Shown one piece after another: positions 56,489-64,000 of a stretch of 64,000 nt of DNA. Location: the NCBI GenBank assembly GCA_026416095.1, contig JAOAFV010000028.1, positions 2,121 to 66,120 on the forward strand, in the 5' to 3' direction. Every line of letters starts with the position of its first letter. Position 1 is the stretch's first letter. The position numbers and the translations under genes were made by a program. Source of the DNA: Bacteroidales bacterium. GTDB taxonomy: Bacteria; Bacteroidota; Bacteroidia; Bacteroidales; GWA2-32-17. The notes beneath the pieces are model-generated. The model did no database searches, was not told the origin of the DNA, and was given only the letters and a program-made list of their open reading frames with translations.

Positions 56489-58276
56489 ATGATAAAAGAA
56501 GTAAAGTTAAAAATAAATAATATCGAAGTCTGTGTTCCTGAAGGATCAACAATATTACAAGCTGCAAAAAAATTAAACATTGAGTTACCAACATTGTGTT
56601 ATCACAACGATTTAAGTGTTGCTGGTAATTGTAGAGTTTGTATTGTTGAAGTTAAAAATAGTCGCTTATTACAGCCTGCTTGTGTTTTCCCTGTATCTGA
56701 AGGTATCGAAGTATTTACAAATAGTAACCTTGTTCGCCAGGCAAGAAAACATATCATTGAATTACTATTATCGGAACATAATGCCGATTGCACAGAATGT
56801 TATAGAAATAACAACTGTGAATTGCAAAGATTGGCATATGAATACGGTGTTAGTCAACATCTGTTTATTGATTTAATACCTCTTAAGAATTATGAAAAAG
56901 ATTACAGCTCACCTTCTATAATAAAGGATGATAGTCGTTGCATTCGCTGTCAGCGCTGTGTAAGAACATGCGAAGAACTTCAAGCTGTTTCAGCTCTTAC
57001 AGTAGCATACAGAGGCGAACATATGAAAATATCTACTTTTTTTGAAAATCCAATGTTTGAAATCGTGTGCACAAATTGTGGCCAGTGTGTATTACATTGT
57101 CCAACAGGTGCTTTAATTGAAAGAACATACATTGATGAAGTATGGGAGGCAATTAACGATCCTGATAAGCATGTCGTAGTTCAAACTGCACCTGCTGTTC
57201 GTGTAGCACTTGGAGAGTTGTTTGGTTATGAGCCTGGTGAAAGAGTTACTGGTAAAATGGTAACTGCATTAAAGCTACTGGGCTTTGATTCTGTATTAGA
57301 TACAAATTTTTCTGCCGACCTTACAATAATAGAAGAAAGTAATGAATTGTTAGAAAGATTAAAAAAGGCTATCAAAGAAAAACAAAAGGCATACTTACCC
57401 ATGTTTACTTCATGTTCGCCAGGATGGATAAAATTTGCAGAACACATGTATCCTGAATTACTACCTCATTTATCTACATGCAAATCGCCTCAACAAATGT
57501 TTGGAGCCCTTGTTAAAACTTATTATGCTAAAAAAATAGGCATTGATCCTAAGAAAATTGTTAGTGTGTCTATAATGCCTTGTACTGCAAAAAAATTCGA
57601 AGCAAATCGCCCAGAAATGAAAAGCAGTGGTTATCGAGATGTTGATTATGTACTTACAACTCGAGAATTAGCATTAATGATTAAACAAGCAGGTATCAAT
57701 TTCTCTAAATTATCAGAAACTAACTATGATAACATAATGGGTAAATCAACAGGGGCAGGAGTAATTTTTGGCGTAACAGGTGGAGTGGCAGAAGCAGCCC
57801 TACGTACAGCATATGAAATAATTACAGGTAAAGAAATTCCATTTCCTAAATTGAACATTATTCCTGTGCGTGGATTAGAAGGCGTAAGAGAAGTTACAAT
57901 TAAAATAGATGGGACTTTACCTGAGTGGGATTTTCTTGAAGGAATGGAACTAAGAGTAGCAATAGCGCACGGCTTAGCAAATGCAAAAAGATTAATAGAA
58001 AAAATACTTAGTGGCCAAGTAAATTATCATTTTGTAGAAATAATGGCATGCCCAGGTGGTTGTCTTGGTGGTGGTGGTCAACCTATTCCTGTTAATACTG
58101 AAATCAGAAAAAGTCGTGTAAAAGCAATTTATGAGGAAGATGAAAATATGCCTTTACGAAAATCTCACGAAAATCCAGATGTTATAGCTCTTTATAATGA
58201 ATTCCTTCACAAACCCTTGGGGCATAAAAGTCACGAATTATTACATGTTACATACACACCTAGAAAAAGATATTAA
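56489..58276 (+). CDS. hydA: [FeFe]-hydrogenase catalytic subunit (M3-type domain layout)
   Basis: N-terminal [2Fe-2S] (CYHNDLSVAGNCRVCIVEV), His-ligated cluster region (HNADCTECYRNNNCELQ), two [4Fe-4S] motifs (CIRCQRCVRTCE, CTNCGQCVLHCP). H-cluster motifs: L1 FTSCSPGW (variant), L2 MPCTAKKFE, L3 EIMACPGGCLGGGGQP. Confidence 0.93.
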   Translation: MIKEVKLKINNIEVCVPEGSTILQAAKKLNIELPTLCYHNDLSVAGNCRVCIVEVKNSRLLQPACVFPVSEGIEVFTNSNLVRQARKHIIELLLSEHNADCTECYRNNNCELQRLAYEYGVSQHLFIDLIPLKNYEKDYSSPSIIKDDSRCIRCQRCVRTCEELQAVSALTVAYRGEHMKISTFFENPMFEIVCTNCGQCVLHCPTGALIERTYIDEVWEAINDPDKHVVVQTAPAVRVALGELFGYEPGERVTGKMVTALKLLGFDSVLDTNFSADLTIIEESNELLERLKKAIKEKQKAYLPMFTSCSPGWIKFAEHMYPELLPHLSTCKSPQQMFGALVKTYYAKKIGIDPKKIVSVSIMPCTAKKFEANRPEMKSSGYRDVDYVLTTRELALMIKQAGINFSKLSETNYDNIMGKSTGAGVIFGVTGGVAEAALRTAYEIITGKEIPFPKLNIIPVRGLEGVREVTIKIDGTLPEWDFLEGMELRVAIAHGLANAKRLIEKILSGQVNYHFVEIMACPGGCLGGGGQPIPVNTEIRKSRVKAIYEEDENMPLRKSHENPDVIALYNEFLHKPLGHKSHELLHVTYTPRKRY

Positions 58277-58492
58277 TATTTCATTTTTAAATTAACAATT
58301 GCGATCTGGAAAAAATTTTATTATCGTTGTTAAAATTTTTTTCTTATCGGTAAAAAAATAAAAACACAATAAAATACTTTCTATTCTAAGCACAACTATT
58401 AAAAATAACAACTTAAAACACTAAATTCAATTTACTGAAAAAATTTTTCAAGACAAAAACTAAAGAACTAAACAACCATGGGCCTTTATCTG

Positions 58493-58563
58493 AGGTCTCT
58501 AGCGGATTCGAACCGCTGTATACGGTTTTGCAGACCGCTGCCTAACCACTCGGCCAAGAGACC
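58493..58563 (-). tRNA. tRNA-Cys (anticodon GCA)
   Basis: Hand-folded, 71 nt: acceptor GGTCTCT/AGAGACC, anticodon arm GCGGT-CTGCAAA-ACCGT, T-arm AGCGG-TTCGAAT-CCGCT, and discriminator U, which is the known tRNA-Cys identity element. CCA is not encoded. Confidence 0.9.
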
Positions 58564-58704
58564 ATTACTTACTTATTATATTCAAACCTAATAATTTACT
58601 ACTACGTTTAAATTTGTAAAAAATATTTCCTTCTTATAAAAGTTTTTGCAAATTTATAATTTTTATTTTATAAATAAAAATTTTTTGTTTTAATTTTTTA
58701 GTTG

Positions 58705-58712
58705 TATTTTTG
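58705..58712 (+). promoter_or_regulatory. -7 element TATTTTTG, 17 nt upstream of ATT 58730 (START-like gene)
   Basis: Exact TAnnTTTG match. The spacing to the proposed ATT start equals the spacing seen at three ATG genes in this window. Confidence 0.45.
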
Positions 58713-58729
58713 TAAAAAATTTATTCAGC

Positions 58730-59122
58730 ATTAGAAAAAAAATAGAAATAGAATTTATTATTAAATCATCGCAAAAATTAATTTACAATTACATTTCTAC
58801 AGATGATGGCTTATCTAAATGGTTTGCCGATAAAGTAAGTATTGTTGGCGATAAAATTATTTTTGAATGGGGAAAAGAAAAACAAGAAGCAAAGATATTG
58901 TATTCTAAATTTCCGAAAGTATTTAAGTTTGCTTGGCTAGAAGATATAAATTCCAACAATAAATATTATGTAGAGTTTAATCTTACTTATGCCGAAAACA
59001 TTGAAGCTTGTGTATTAAAGATAACAGACTTTATTGAGCCTGGCGAAGAAGAAGACAATGAATTATTATGGGAAGAGAATGTTAATAAATTAAAAAAAGT
59101 TCTTGGAGTTTTAAATTTATAA
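58730..59122 (+). CDS. START-like / AHSA1-like (SRPBCC) domain protein, probable non-canonical ATT start
   Basis: The track reports only 58898..59122 (TTG start). The same frame is open from 58694 and encodes (I)RKKIEIEFIIKSSQKLIYNYISTDDGLSKWFADKVSIVGDKIIFEWGKEKQEAKI, the conserved N-terminal half of this roughly 130-aa family. There is no ATG/GTG/TTG in that stretch. ATT at 58730 lies 17 nt after a TATTTTTG -7 element. Confidence 0.6.
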   Translation: MRKKIEIEFIIKSSQKLIYNYISTDDGLSKWFADKVSIVGDKIIFEWGKEKQEAKILYSKFPKVFKFAWLEDINSNNKYYVEFNLTYAENIEACVLKITDFIEPGEEEDNELLWEENVNKLKKVLGVLNL

Positions 59123-59155
59123 ATTTTCCCCTTCTTTAAAACAATAAAAAATAAG

Positions 59156-59163
59156 TATCTTTG
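59156..59163 (+). promoter_or_regulatory. -7 element TATCTTTG, 17 nt upstream of the secA ATG 59181
   Basis: Exact TAnnTTTG match. Confidence 0.5.
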
Positions 59164-59180
59164 CTAAAAGTTTATAAAAT

Positions 59181-62100
59181 ATGGGATTTTTTTCAAGTTT
59201 ACGTAAAATTCTAGGAATTAAGACAAAATCGGAAAGAGATATATCTCAAATATGGCCTATTGTTGAGAAAATAAACACAATATATGATAGTCTAAAAAAT
59301 TTATCAAATGATGAATTAAGGGCAAAAACTTCTTTTTTAAAAGAAAAGGTTCGAAAATATTTTGAAAAAGAAGAATTAGAAATAGAAAGATTAAGAAATG
59401 AGGCCGAAAACGACGAGTTGTCAATTTCGGAAAAAGAAGAGATTCATAGAAAAATTGAAAAATTAAAAAAAGAAGTTAATAAAAAAATAGAAGAAGTTCT
59501 GTGGGAAGTATTGCCAGAAACCTTTGCTATTGTAAAAGAAACCGCTCGAAGATTTAAAGAGAATAGCGAACTTATTGTTACTGCCACCAATTTCGATAGA
59601 GATTTATCAACAAAAAAGTCGTATGTTAAAATTGAAGGCGATAAGGCAATATGGAAAAACAGATGGATAGCAGGAGGTAATGAAATAGTGTGGGATATGG
59701 TTCATTTTGATGTGCAATTAATAGGTGGTGTAGTTCTTCATCAAGGGAAAATTGCTGAAATGGCAACAGGCGAAGGAAAAACATTAGTAGCTACATTACC
59801 AGCTTTTTTAAATGCCTTAGCTGGTAAAGGTGTTCATATTGTTACTGTTAACGACTATCTTTCTAAGCGCGATTGTGAATGGATGGGTCCCATATACGAA
59901 TTCCATGGCTTATCGGTAGATTGCATAGATAAATATCAACCACACAGTATAGGCAGACGTAATGCTTATCTTTGCGATATCACATATGGCACAAATAACG
60001 AATATGGTTTCGATTACCTTCGCGATAATATGGTATTTTCGCCCGACGAAATAGTACAAAGAGGTCATCATTATGCCATAATAGACGAGGTAGATTCTGT
60101 ATTAATAGACGACGCAAGAACTCCTCTCATTATTAGCGGACCTGTACCAAAAGAAGAAGATAAACTTTATATTGAACTAAAACCTAGAGTAGAAAAACTT
60201 GTTAATGCTCAAAAAGCCTTAGTGACTGAATTGATTAGTAAAGCTAAAAAATTAATTTCCGAAGGTAAAACAGAAGAAGGAGGTAAGCTATTACTTAGGG
60301 CTCATAAAGGTTTACCTAAAAATAAGGCTTTAATTAAATACTTAAGCGAAGAAGGCATTAAATCTATTTTGCATAAAACAGAAAATATTTTTTTACAAGA
60401 CAATGCAAAACGTATGCCCGAAATTACCGACGAATTATATTTTGTAATAGATGAAAAAAATAATTCGGTTGAACTAACAGAAAAAGGAATAGATCTAATT
60501 ACATCTTCCTCGGAAGATCCACAAATGTTTGTACTTCCAGATATAGGCTCTAGAATTGCCGAAATTGAAAAAGACGATTCACTTTTACCAGAAGAAAAAA
60601 TAAAACTAAAGGACGATTTGATGAGAGAATACAGCATTAAAGCCGAAAGAATTCATGTTATAAATCAACTACTTAAAGCTTACACACTGTTCGAAAGAGA
60701 AGTTGATTATGTTGTAATAAATAATGAAATTAAAATTGTAGATGAAAATACAGGTCGAATTCTTGAAGGAAGAAGATATTCAGAAGGTTTACATCAAGCA
60801 ATAGAAGCTAAAGAAAATGTTAGAGTGCAAGCATCGTCGCAAACGTTTGCTACTATAACCTTACAAAATTACTTTAGAATGTATAATAAACTTGCAGGTA
60901 TGACAGGTACAGCAGAAACTGAAGCAACAGAATTCTGGAATATTTACAAACTCGATGTTGTTGTAATTCCTACCAATGTGCCTTGCATTAGAATTGACTA
61001 TGAAGATAAAGTATATAAAACAAAACGCGAAAAATATAATGCTATAATTGAAGATATTATTAACATAACTAAACAAAAAAGACCTGTACTTGTTGGTACA
61101 ACATCTGTTGAAGTAAGTGAATTGTTAAGTAGAATGCTAAGCTTGCGAGGTATAAAACACAATGTGCTTAACGCTAAACACCATCAACGCGAAGCCGAAA
61201 TTATTGCTCAAGCAGGTCAAACTAGTACTGTTACTATAGCAACAAATATGGCTGGGAGGGGTACCGATATTAAACTTAGTGATGAGGTTAGGAAAGCTGG
61301 AGGCTTAGCTATTATTGGTTCAGAGCGTCATGAGGCACGTCGCATAGACCGACAATTAAGAGGACGTGCAGGAAGACAGGGCGACCCTGGTACTTCGCAA
61401 TTCTACATCTCTCTTGAAGACGACCTTATGCGTCTGTTTGGTAGCGAAAGAATTGCTAGAATCATGGATAAAATGGGCATTAAAGAAGGCGAAGTAATTC
61501 AACACAAATTTATCTCAAAATCTATTGAAAGAGCTCAACGTAAAGTAGAAGAAAATAATTTCGGAATTCGAAAAAGATTACTTGAATACGACGATGTAAT
61601 GAACGTTCAAAGAAATATAATCTACACACGTCGTAATAATGCCCTAAAAGGAGAAAAACTTAGTATTGATATTAACAATACAATAAAAGCAGTATGCGAA
61701 AATATTGTAACTAATTACTATGGTACCGATAACTACAACAATTTCATGTTAGAAATTATTAAAATACTTGGCATACAACCTCCTATTGATTCTAAAATGT
61801 ACGTGCAGCTTACAGAAAAAGAAATGATAGATATTTTAGTTAATAAAGTAAACGAACAATACCGTTATAAATGTTCCAATCTTATTAACACTGCCCTCCC
61901 AATTATTAAATATGTTTATGAAACAAAAGGCCATTTTTATCAAAATATAGCAATTCCAATAAGTACAGGAACAGTTGAGTTTCCTGTAATAGTTAACCTG
62001 AAAAAATGTGTTGAGACAAAAGGTAAAGAGTTAATAAAAGCATTTGAAAAAACTGTAATTTTGCATGTTATCGACGAGGCTTGGAAAGATCATTTGAGAG

Positions 62101-62486
62101 AATTAGACGATTTAAAACACTCTGTGCAAAGTGCTGTTTATGAACAAAAAGACCCACTACTTGTCTATAAATACGAAGCAACTGAATTGTTTAATCAAAT
62201 GCTTACTGAAGCTAACAAAAAAATTATTTCCTATTTAATGAAAGGTTTTATTCCTCAACAAAGTCCAGATGAAGTAAAAGAAGCTCCACAAGTGCAAAAA
62301 ATGGACATGAATAAATTAAAAACAAGCAGAGACGATAATTTCGTAACTTCTGAAGGACCTCAACAATCAACTGTAACAGAGCCCATTAGAACAGAAAAAA
62401 AAGTTGGACGCAATGACCCATGCCCATGCGGTAGTGGAAAAAAATTTAAACATTGCCATGGTAAAAATGTTAATGTTTCTAATTAA
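59181..62486 (+). CDS. secA: preprotein translocase ATPase SecA
   Basis: [47 protein letters not shown], and the C-terminal zinc motif [14 protein letters not shown]. 1101 aa. Confidence 0.97.
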   Translation: MGFFSSLRKILGIKTKSERDISQIWPIVEKINTIYDSLKNLSNDELRAKTSFLKEKVRKYFEKEELEIERLRNEAENDELSISEKEEIHRKIEKLKKEVNKKIEEVLWEVLPETFAIVKETARRFKENSELIVTATNFDRDLSTKKSYVKIEGDKAIWKNRWIAGGNEIVWDMVHFDVQLIGGVVLHQGKIAEMATGEGKTLVATLPAFLNALAGKGVHIVTVNDYLSKRDCEWMGPIYEFHGLSVDCIDKYQPHSIGRRNAYLCDITYGTNNEYGFDYLRDNMVFSPDEIVQRGHHYAIIDEVDSVLIDDARTPLIISGPVPKEEDKLYIELKPRVEKLVNAQKALVTELISKAKKLISEGKTEEGGKLLLRAHKGLPKNKALIKYLSEEGIKSILHKTENIFLQDNAKRMPEITDELYFVIDEKNNSVELTEKGIDLITSSSEDPQMFVLPDIGSRIAEIEKDDSLLPEEKIKLKDDLMREYSIKAERIHVINQLLKAYTLFEREVDYVVINNEIKIVDENTGRILEGRRYSEGLHQAIEAKENVRVQASSQTFATITLQNYFRMYNKLAGMTGTAETEATEFWNIYKLDVVVIPTNVPCIRIDYEDKVYKTKREKYNAIIEDIINITKQKRPVLVGTTSVEVSELLSRMLSLRGIKHNVLNAKHHQREAEIIAQAGQTSTVTIATNMAGRGTDIKLSDEVRKAGGLAIIGSERHEARRIDRQLRGRAGRQGDPGTSQFYISLEDDLMRLFGSERIARIMDKMGIKEGEVIQHKFISKSIERAQRKVEENNFGIRKRLLEYDDVMNVQRNIIYTRRNNALKGEKLSIDINNTIKAVCENIVTNYYGTDNYNNFMLEIIKILGIQPPIDSKMYVQLTEKEMIDILVNKVNEQYRYKCSNLINTALPIIKYVYETKGHFYQNIAIPISTGTVEFPVIVNLKKCVETKGKELIKAFEKTVILHVIDEAWKDHLRELDDLKHSVQSAVYEQKDPLLVYKYEATELFNQMLTEANKKIISYLMKGFIPQQSPDEVKEAPQVQKMDMNKLKTSRDDNFVTSEGPQQSTVTEPIRTEKKVGRNDPCPCGSGKKFKHCHGKNVNVSN

Positions 62487-63219
62487 CGTTTTACTTATAT
62501 TTTCATGCTCAAAAATTGTAACAACTAACGACGTCTTTGTTGATAATGGTATATTTTATTTAAAAAGAGATTCTTCTGTTTTTTCAGGTATTATCAGAGA
62601 TAATTATAAAAACGGTTTACCAAAAAGAGTTAAATCGGTTAAAAATGGAAAGTTAAATGGCTATGTCTTATCTTTTTATAAAAATTCTAGGTTTTCATAC
62701 ATTGCAAAGTATCATAACAATAAAAAAACAGATGGATATAAAATGTTTTATATCAATGGTAAAATAAAAGAAAAACTTGTAAAAATTAATAGTAATAAAT
62801 TTTTATTGTATAAATATAATGAAGATGGTTCTATACATTCAATATACACCATAAAGGATAATATATTTAATGGTCCAGCCTTTGTTTATTATCCTAACGG
62901 TAAAATAATGTCGTACATTAATTTTGTTAATAATAAAAAAAATGGACATTTTATTACTTACCATCCAAATGGCAAAAAAAATTTAGAAGGCAATTTCTAT
63001 AACGATTCTCTTCACGGGAAAATTTTAATGTCCGACACTTCTGGAATTATTATTAGCGAACAATATTATCATAGGGGAATAAGAAAAGGTAGGTGGAAAT
63101 ATTATAATCATGATAGTAAAATTATCACATGGCTAGTTTTTCAAGAAAATGGAAAAGTAAAAGAAAAAATTGATTCTTCTTTCGATGGTAAAATAATAAA
63201 TAAAATTAAATTTAATTAA
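62458..63219 (+). CDS. lipoprotein with MORN-variant (YwqK-like) repeats
   Basis: Start chosen at ATG 62458 ([17 protein letters not shown] lipobox), overlapping the secA 3' end by 29 nt. The track start at 62404 would read through the secA C-terminus. Repeats: [15 protein letters not shown].., [38 protein letters not shown]. Confidence 0.75.
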   Translation: MVKMLMFLINVLLIFSCSKIVTTNDVFVDNGIFYLKRDSSVFSGIIRDNYKNGLPKRVKSVKNGKLNGYVLSFYKNSRFSYIAKYHNNKKTDGYKMFYINGKIKEKLVKINSNKFLLYKYNEDGSIHSIYTIKDNIFNGPAFVYYPNGKIMSYINFVNNKKNGHFITYHPNGKKNLEGNFYNDSLHGKILMSDTSGIIISEQYYHRGIRKGRWKYYNHDSKIITWLVFQENGKVKEKIDSSFDGKIINKIKFN

Positions 63220-63221
63220 AT

Positions 63222-64000
63222 ATGAATATTGCAATAATTGGAGCAACTGGTCTTGTAGGCCGCGAAATGATTAAGGTTATAGAAGAATTTAATTTTGAAT
63301 TCGATAAATGTTTTTTGGCTGCTTCGCAACAATCTAAAGGCAAAAAAATTAAATTAAAAAATACCGAATTAGAAGTAAAAACAATCGATGAAGTTTTGAA
63401 AGAAAAAGTACATATTGCCCTCTTTTCAGCAGGAAGCGAAATCTCTAAAATTTATGCCCCTTTATTTGCTCAAAATGGAACTTTTGTTATCGACAACTCT
63501 TCACAATGGCGATTATATGAAAGAGTACCTTTAGTAGTACCCGAAATCAACAGCGACGAAATTACTATAAACACTAAAATTATTTCAAACCCTAACTGTT
63601 CTACAATTCAATTAGTTGTGGTATTAAACCCTTTACATAAAAAGTTTAAGATAAAAAGAGTTGTTGTTTCAACTTATCAGTCTGTTACGGGCTCAGGAAT
63701 GAGGGCAGTAAATCAACTATTTGCTGAAAGAGAAAATAGAAAAGCTGAAAATTTTTACCCTCATCCCATCGATTTGAACTGCTTCCCCTTTGCTGGTTCA
63801 ATAACTGATAACGGTTATACAACTGAAGAGATGAAATTAACTAATGAAACAAAAAAAATATTAAACGATAATTCTATACAAGTAACTGCTACTGTAGTAA
63901 GAATACCAGTTATCGGCGGACATTCAGAAAGCGTAAATATTGAATTTTGCAACAACTATGAATTATCAGATATATATCAAATACTTCAAAATACCCCAGG
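63222..64000 (+). CDS. asd: aspartate-semialdehyde dehydrogenase (N-terminal part; runs off the right edge)
   Basis: Manual translation gives MNIAIIGATGLVGREMIKVIEEF... with active site ISNPNCSTIQ and VSTYQSVTGSG. Not in the track because there is no stop in the window. Confidence 0.92.
   Translation, partial: MNIAIIGATGLVGREMIKVIEEFNFEFDKCFLAASQQSKGKKIKLKNTELEVKTIDEVLKEKVHIALFSAGSEISKIYAPLFAQNGTFVIDNSSQWRLYERVPLVVPEINSDEITINTKIISNPNCSTIQLVVVLNPLHKKFKIKRVVVSTYQSVTGSGMRAVNQLFAERENRKAENFYPHPIDLNCFPFAGSITDNGYTTEEMKLTNETKKILNDNSIQVTATVVRIPVIGGHSESVNIEFCNNYELSDIYQILQNTP

Noticed and set aside
62404-62457. The N-terminal extension of the MORN-repeat lipoprotein proposed by the track ([18 protein letters not shown]...).
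   Set aside because: This stretch is the secA C-terminal zinc-finger region read in another frame. A proper lipoprotein signal begins at ATG 62458.
1-64000. CRISPR arrays, IS elements, prophage or conjugative genes, toxin-antitoxin pairs and restriction-modification or other recognisable defence operons.
   Set aside because: No regularly spaced direct repeats were seen in any intergenic region. No transposase, integrase, RT, nuclease or methylase-like translations appear among the ORFs. The YwqK-like label on the MORN-repeat proteins reflects repeat similarity only, and no toxin partner is adjacent.

Overview
This is an AT-rich (about 70% A+T by eye) chromosomal segment from an anaerobic member of the Bacteroidota. 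The phylum call rests on T9SS sorting domains, a PorP/SprF gene, TAnnTTTG promoter elements and an almost complete lack of Shine-Dalgarno sequences. I call 46 protein-coding genes and 2 tRNAs: tRNA-Arg(CCT) and tRNA-Cys(GCA). I found no rRNA, CRISPR array, transposase, integrase or phage genes.

Most of the window is housekeeping: rlmN, cls, ribH, recF, asnS, rng, HU, rho, PFOR/nifJ, nadB, dnaB, trxA, nadD, secA and asd. Three other blocks are interspersed:
- Cell-surface and T9SS cargo genes: a 1306-aa lamin-tail-domain protein, an M43 protease, a 1802-aa PKD-array protein with a type-B sorting domain followed by PD40 and PorP/SprF genes, and an OmpA/PD40 paralog.
- A trimeric HydABC-like [FeFe]-hydrogenase operon, about 12 kb from PFOR.
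- A small redox cluster (trx, tlpA-like).

I do not see a convincing multi-gene novel system such as a defence island, mobile element or biosynthetic cluster. The observations most worth a second look are single-locus:
- A 31-codon Lys/Arg-rich bS22/AURKAIP1-like micro-ORF that the ORF track missed.
- An orphan 179-aa protein with a CHAT/caspase-type His...Cys dyad.
- A hydrogenase H-cluster L1 motif that reads TSCSPGW instead of TSCCPxW, paired with an unusually minimal NuoF-like subunit.
- Two genes (START-like and LtaS-like) whose conserved N-termini lie upstream of any ATG/GTG/TTG, suggesting ATT-type initiation.
- A perfect GGAGG Shine-Dalgarno sequence in the rho leader of an otherwise SD-less gene set.
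- Two non-coding gaps of about 0.5 kb between convergent genes.

All family assignments come from motif recognition by eye. No database search was run.
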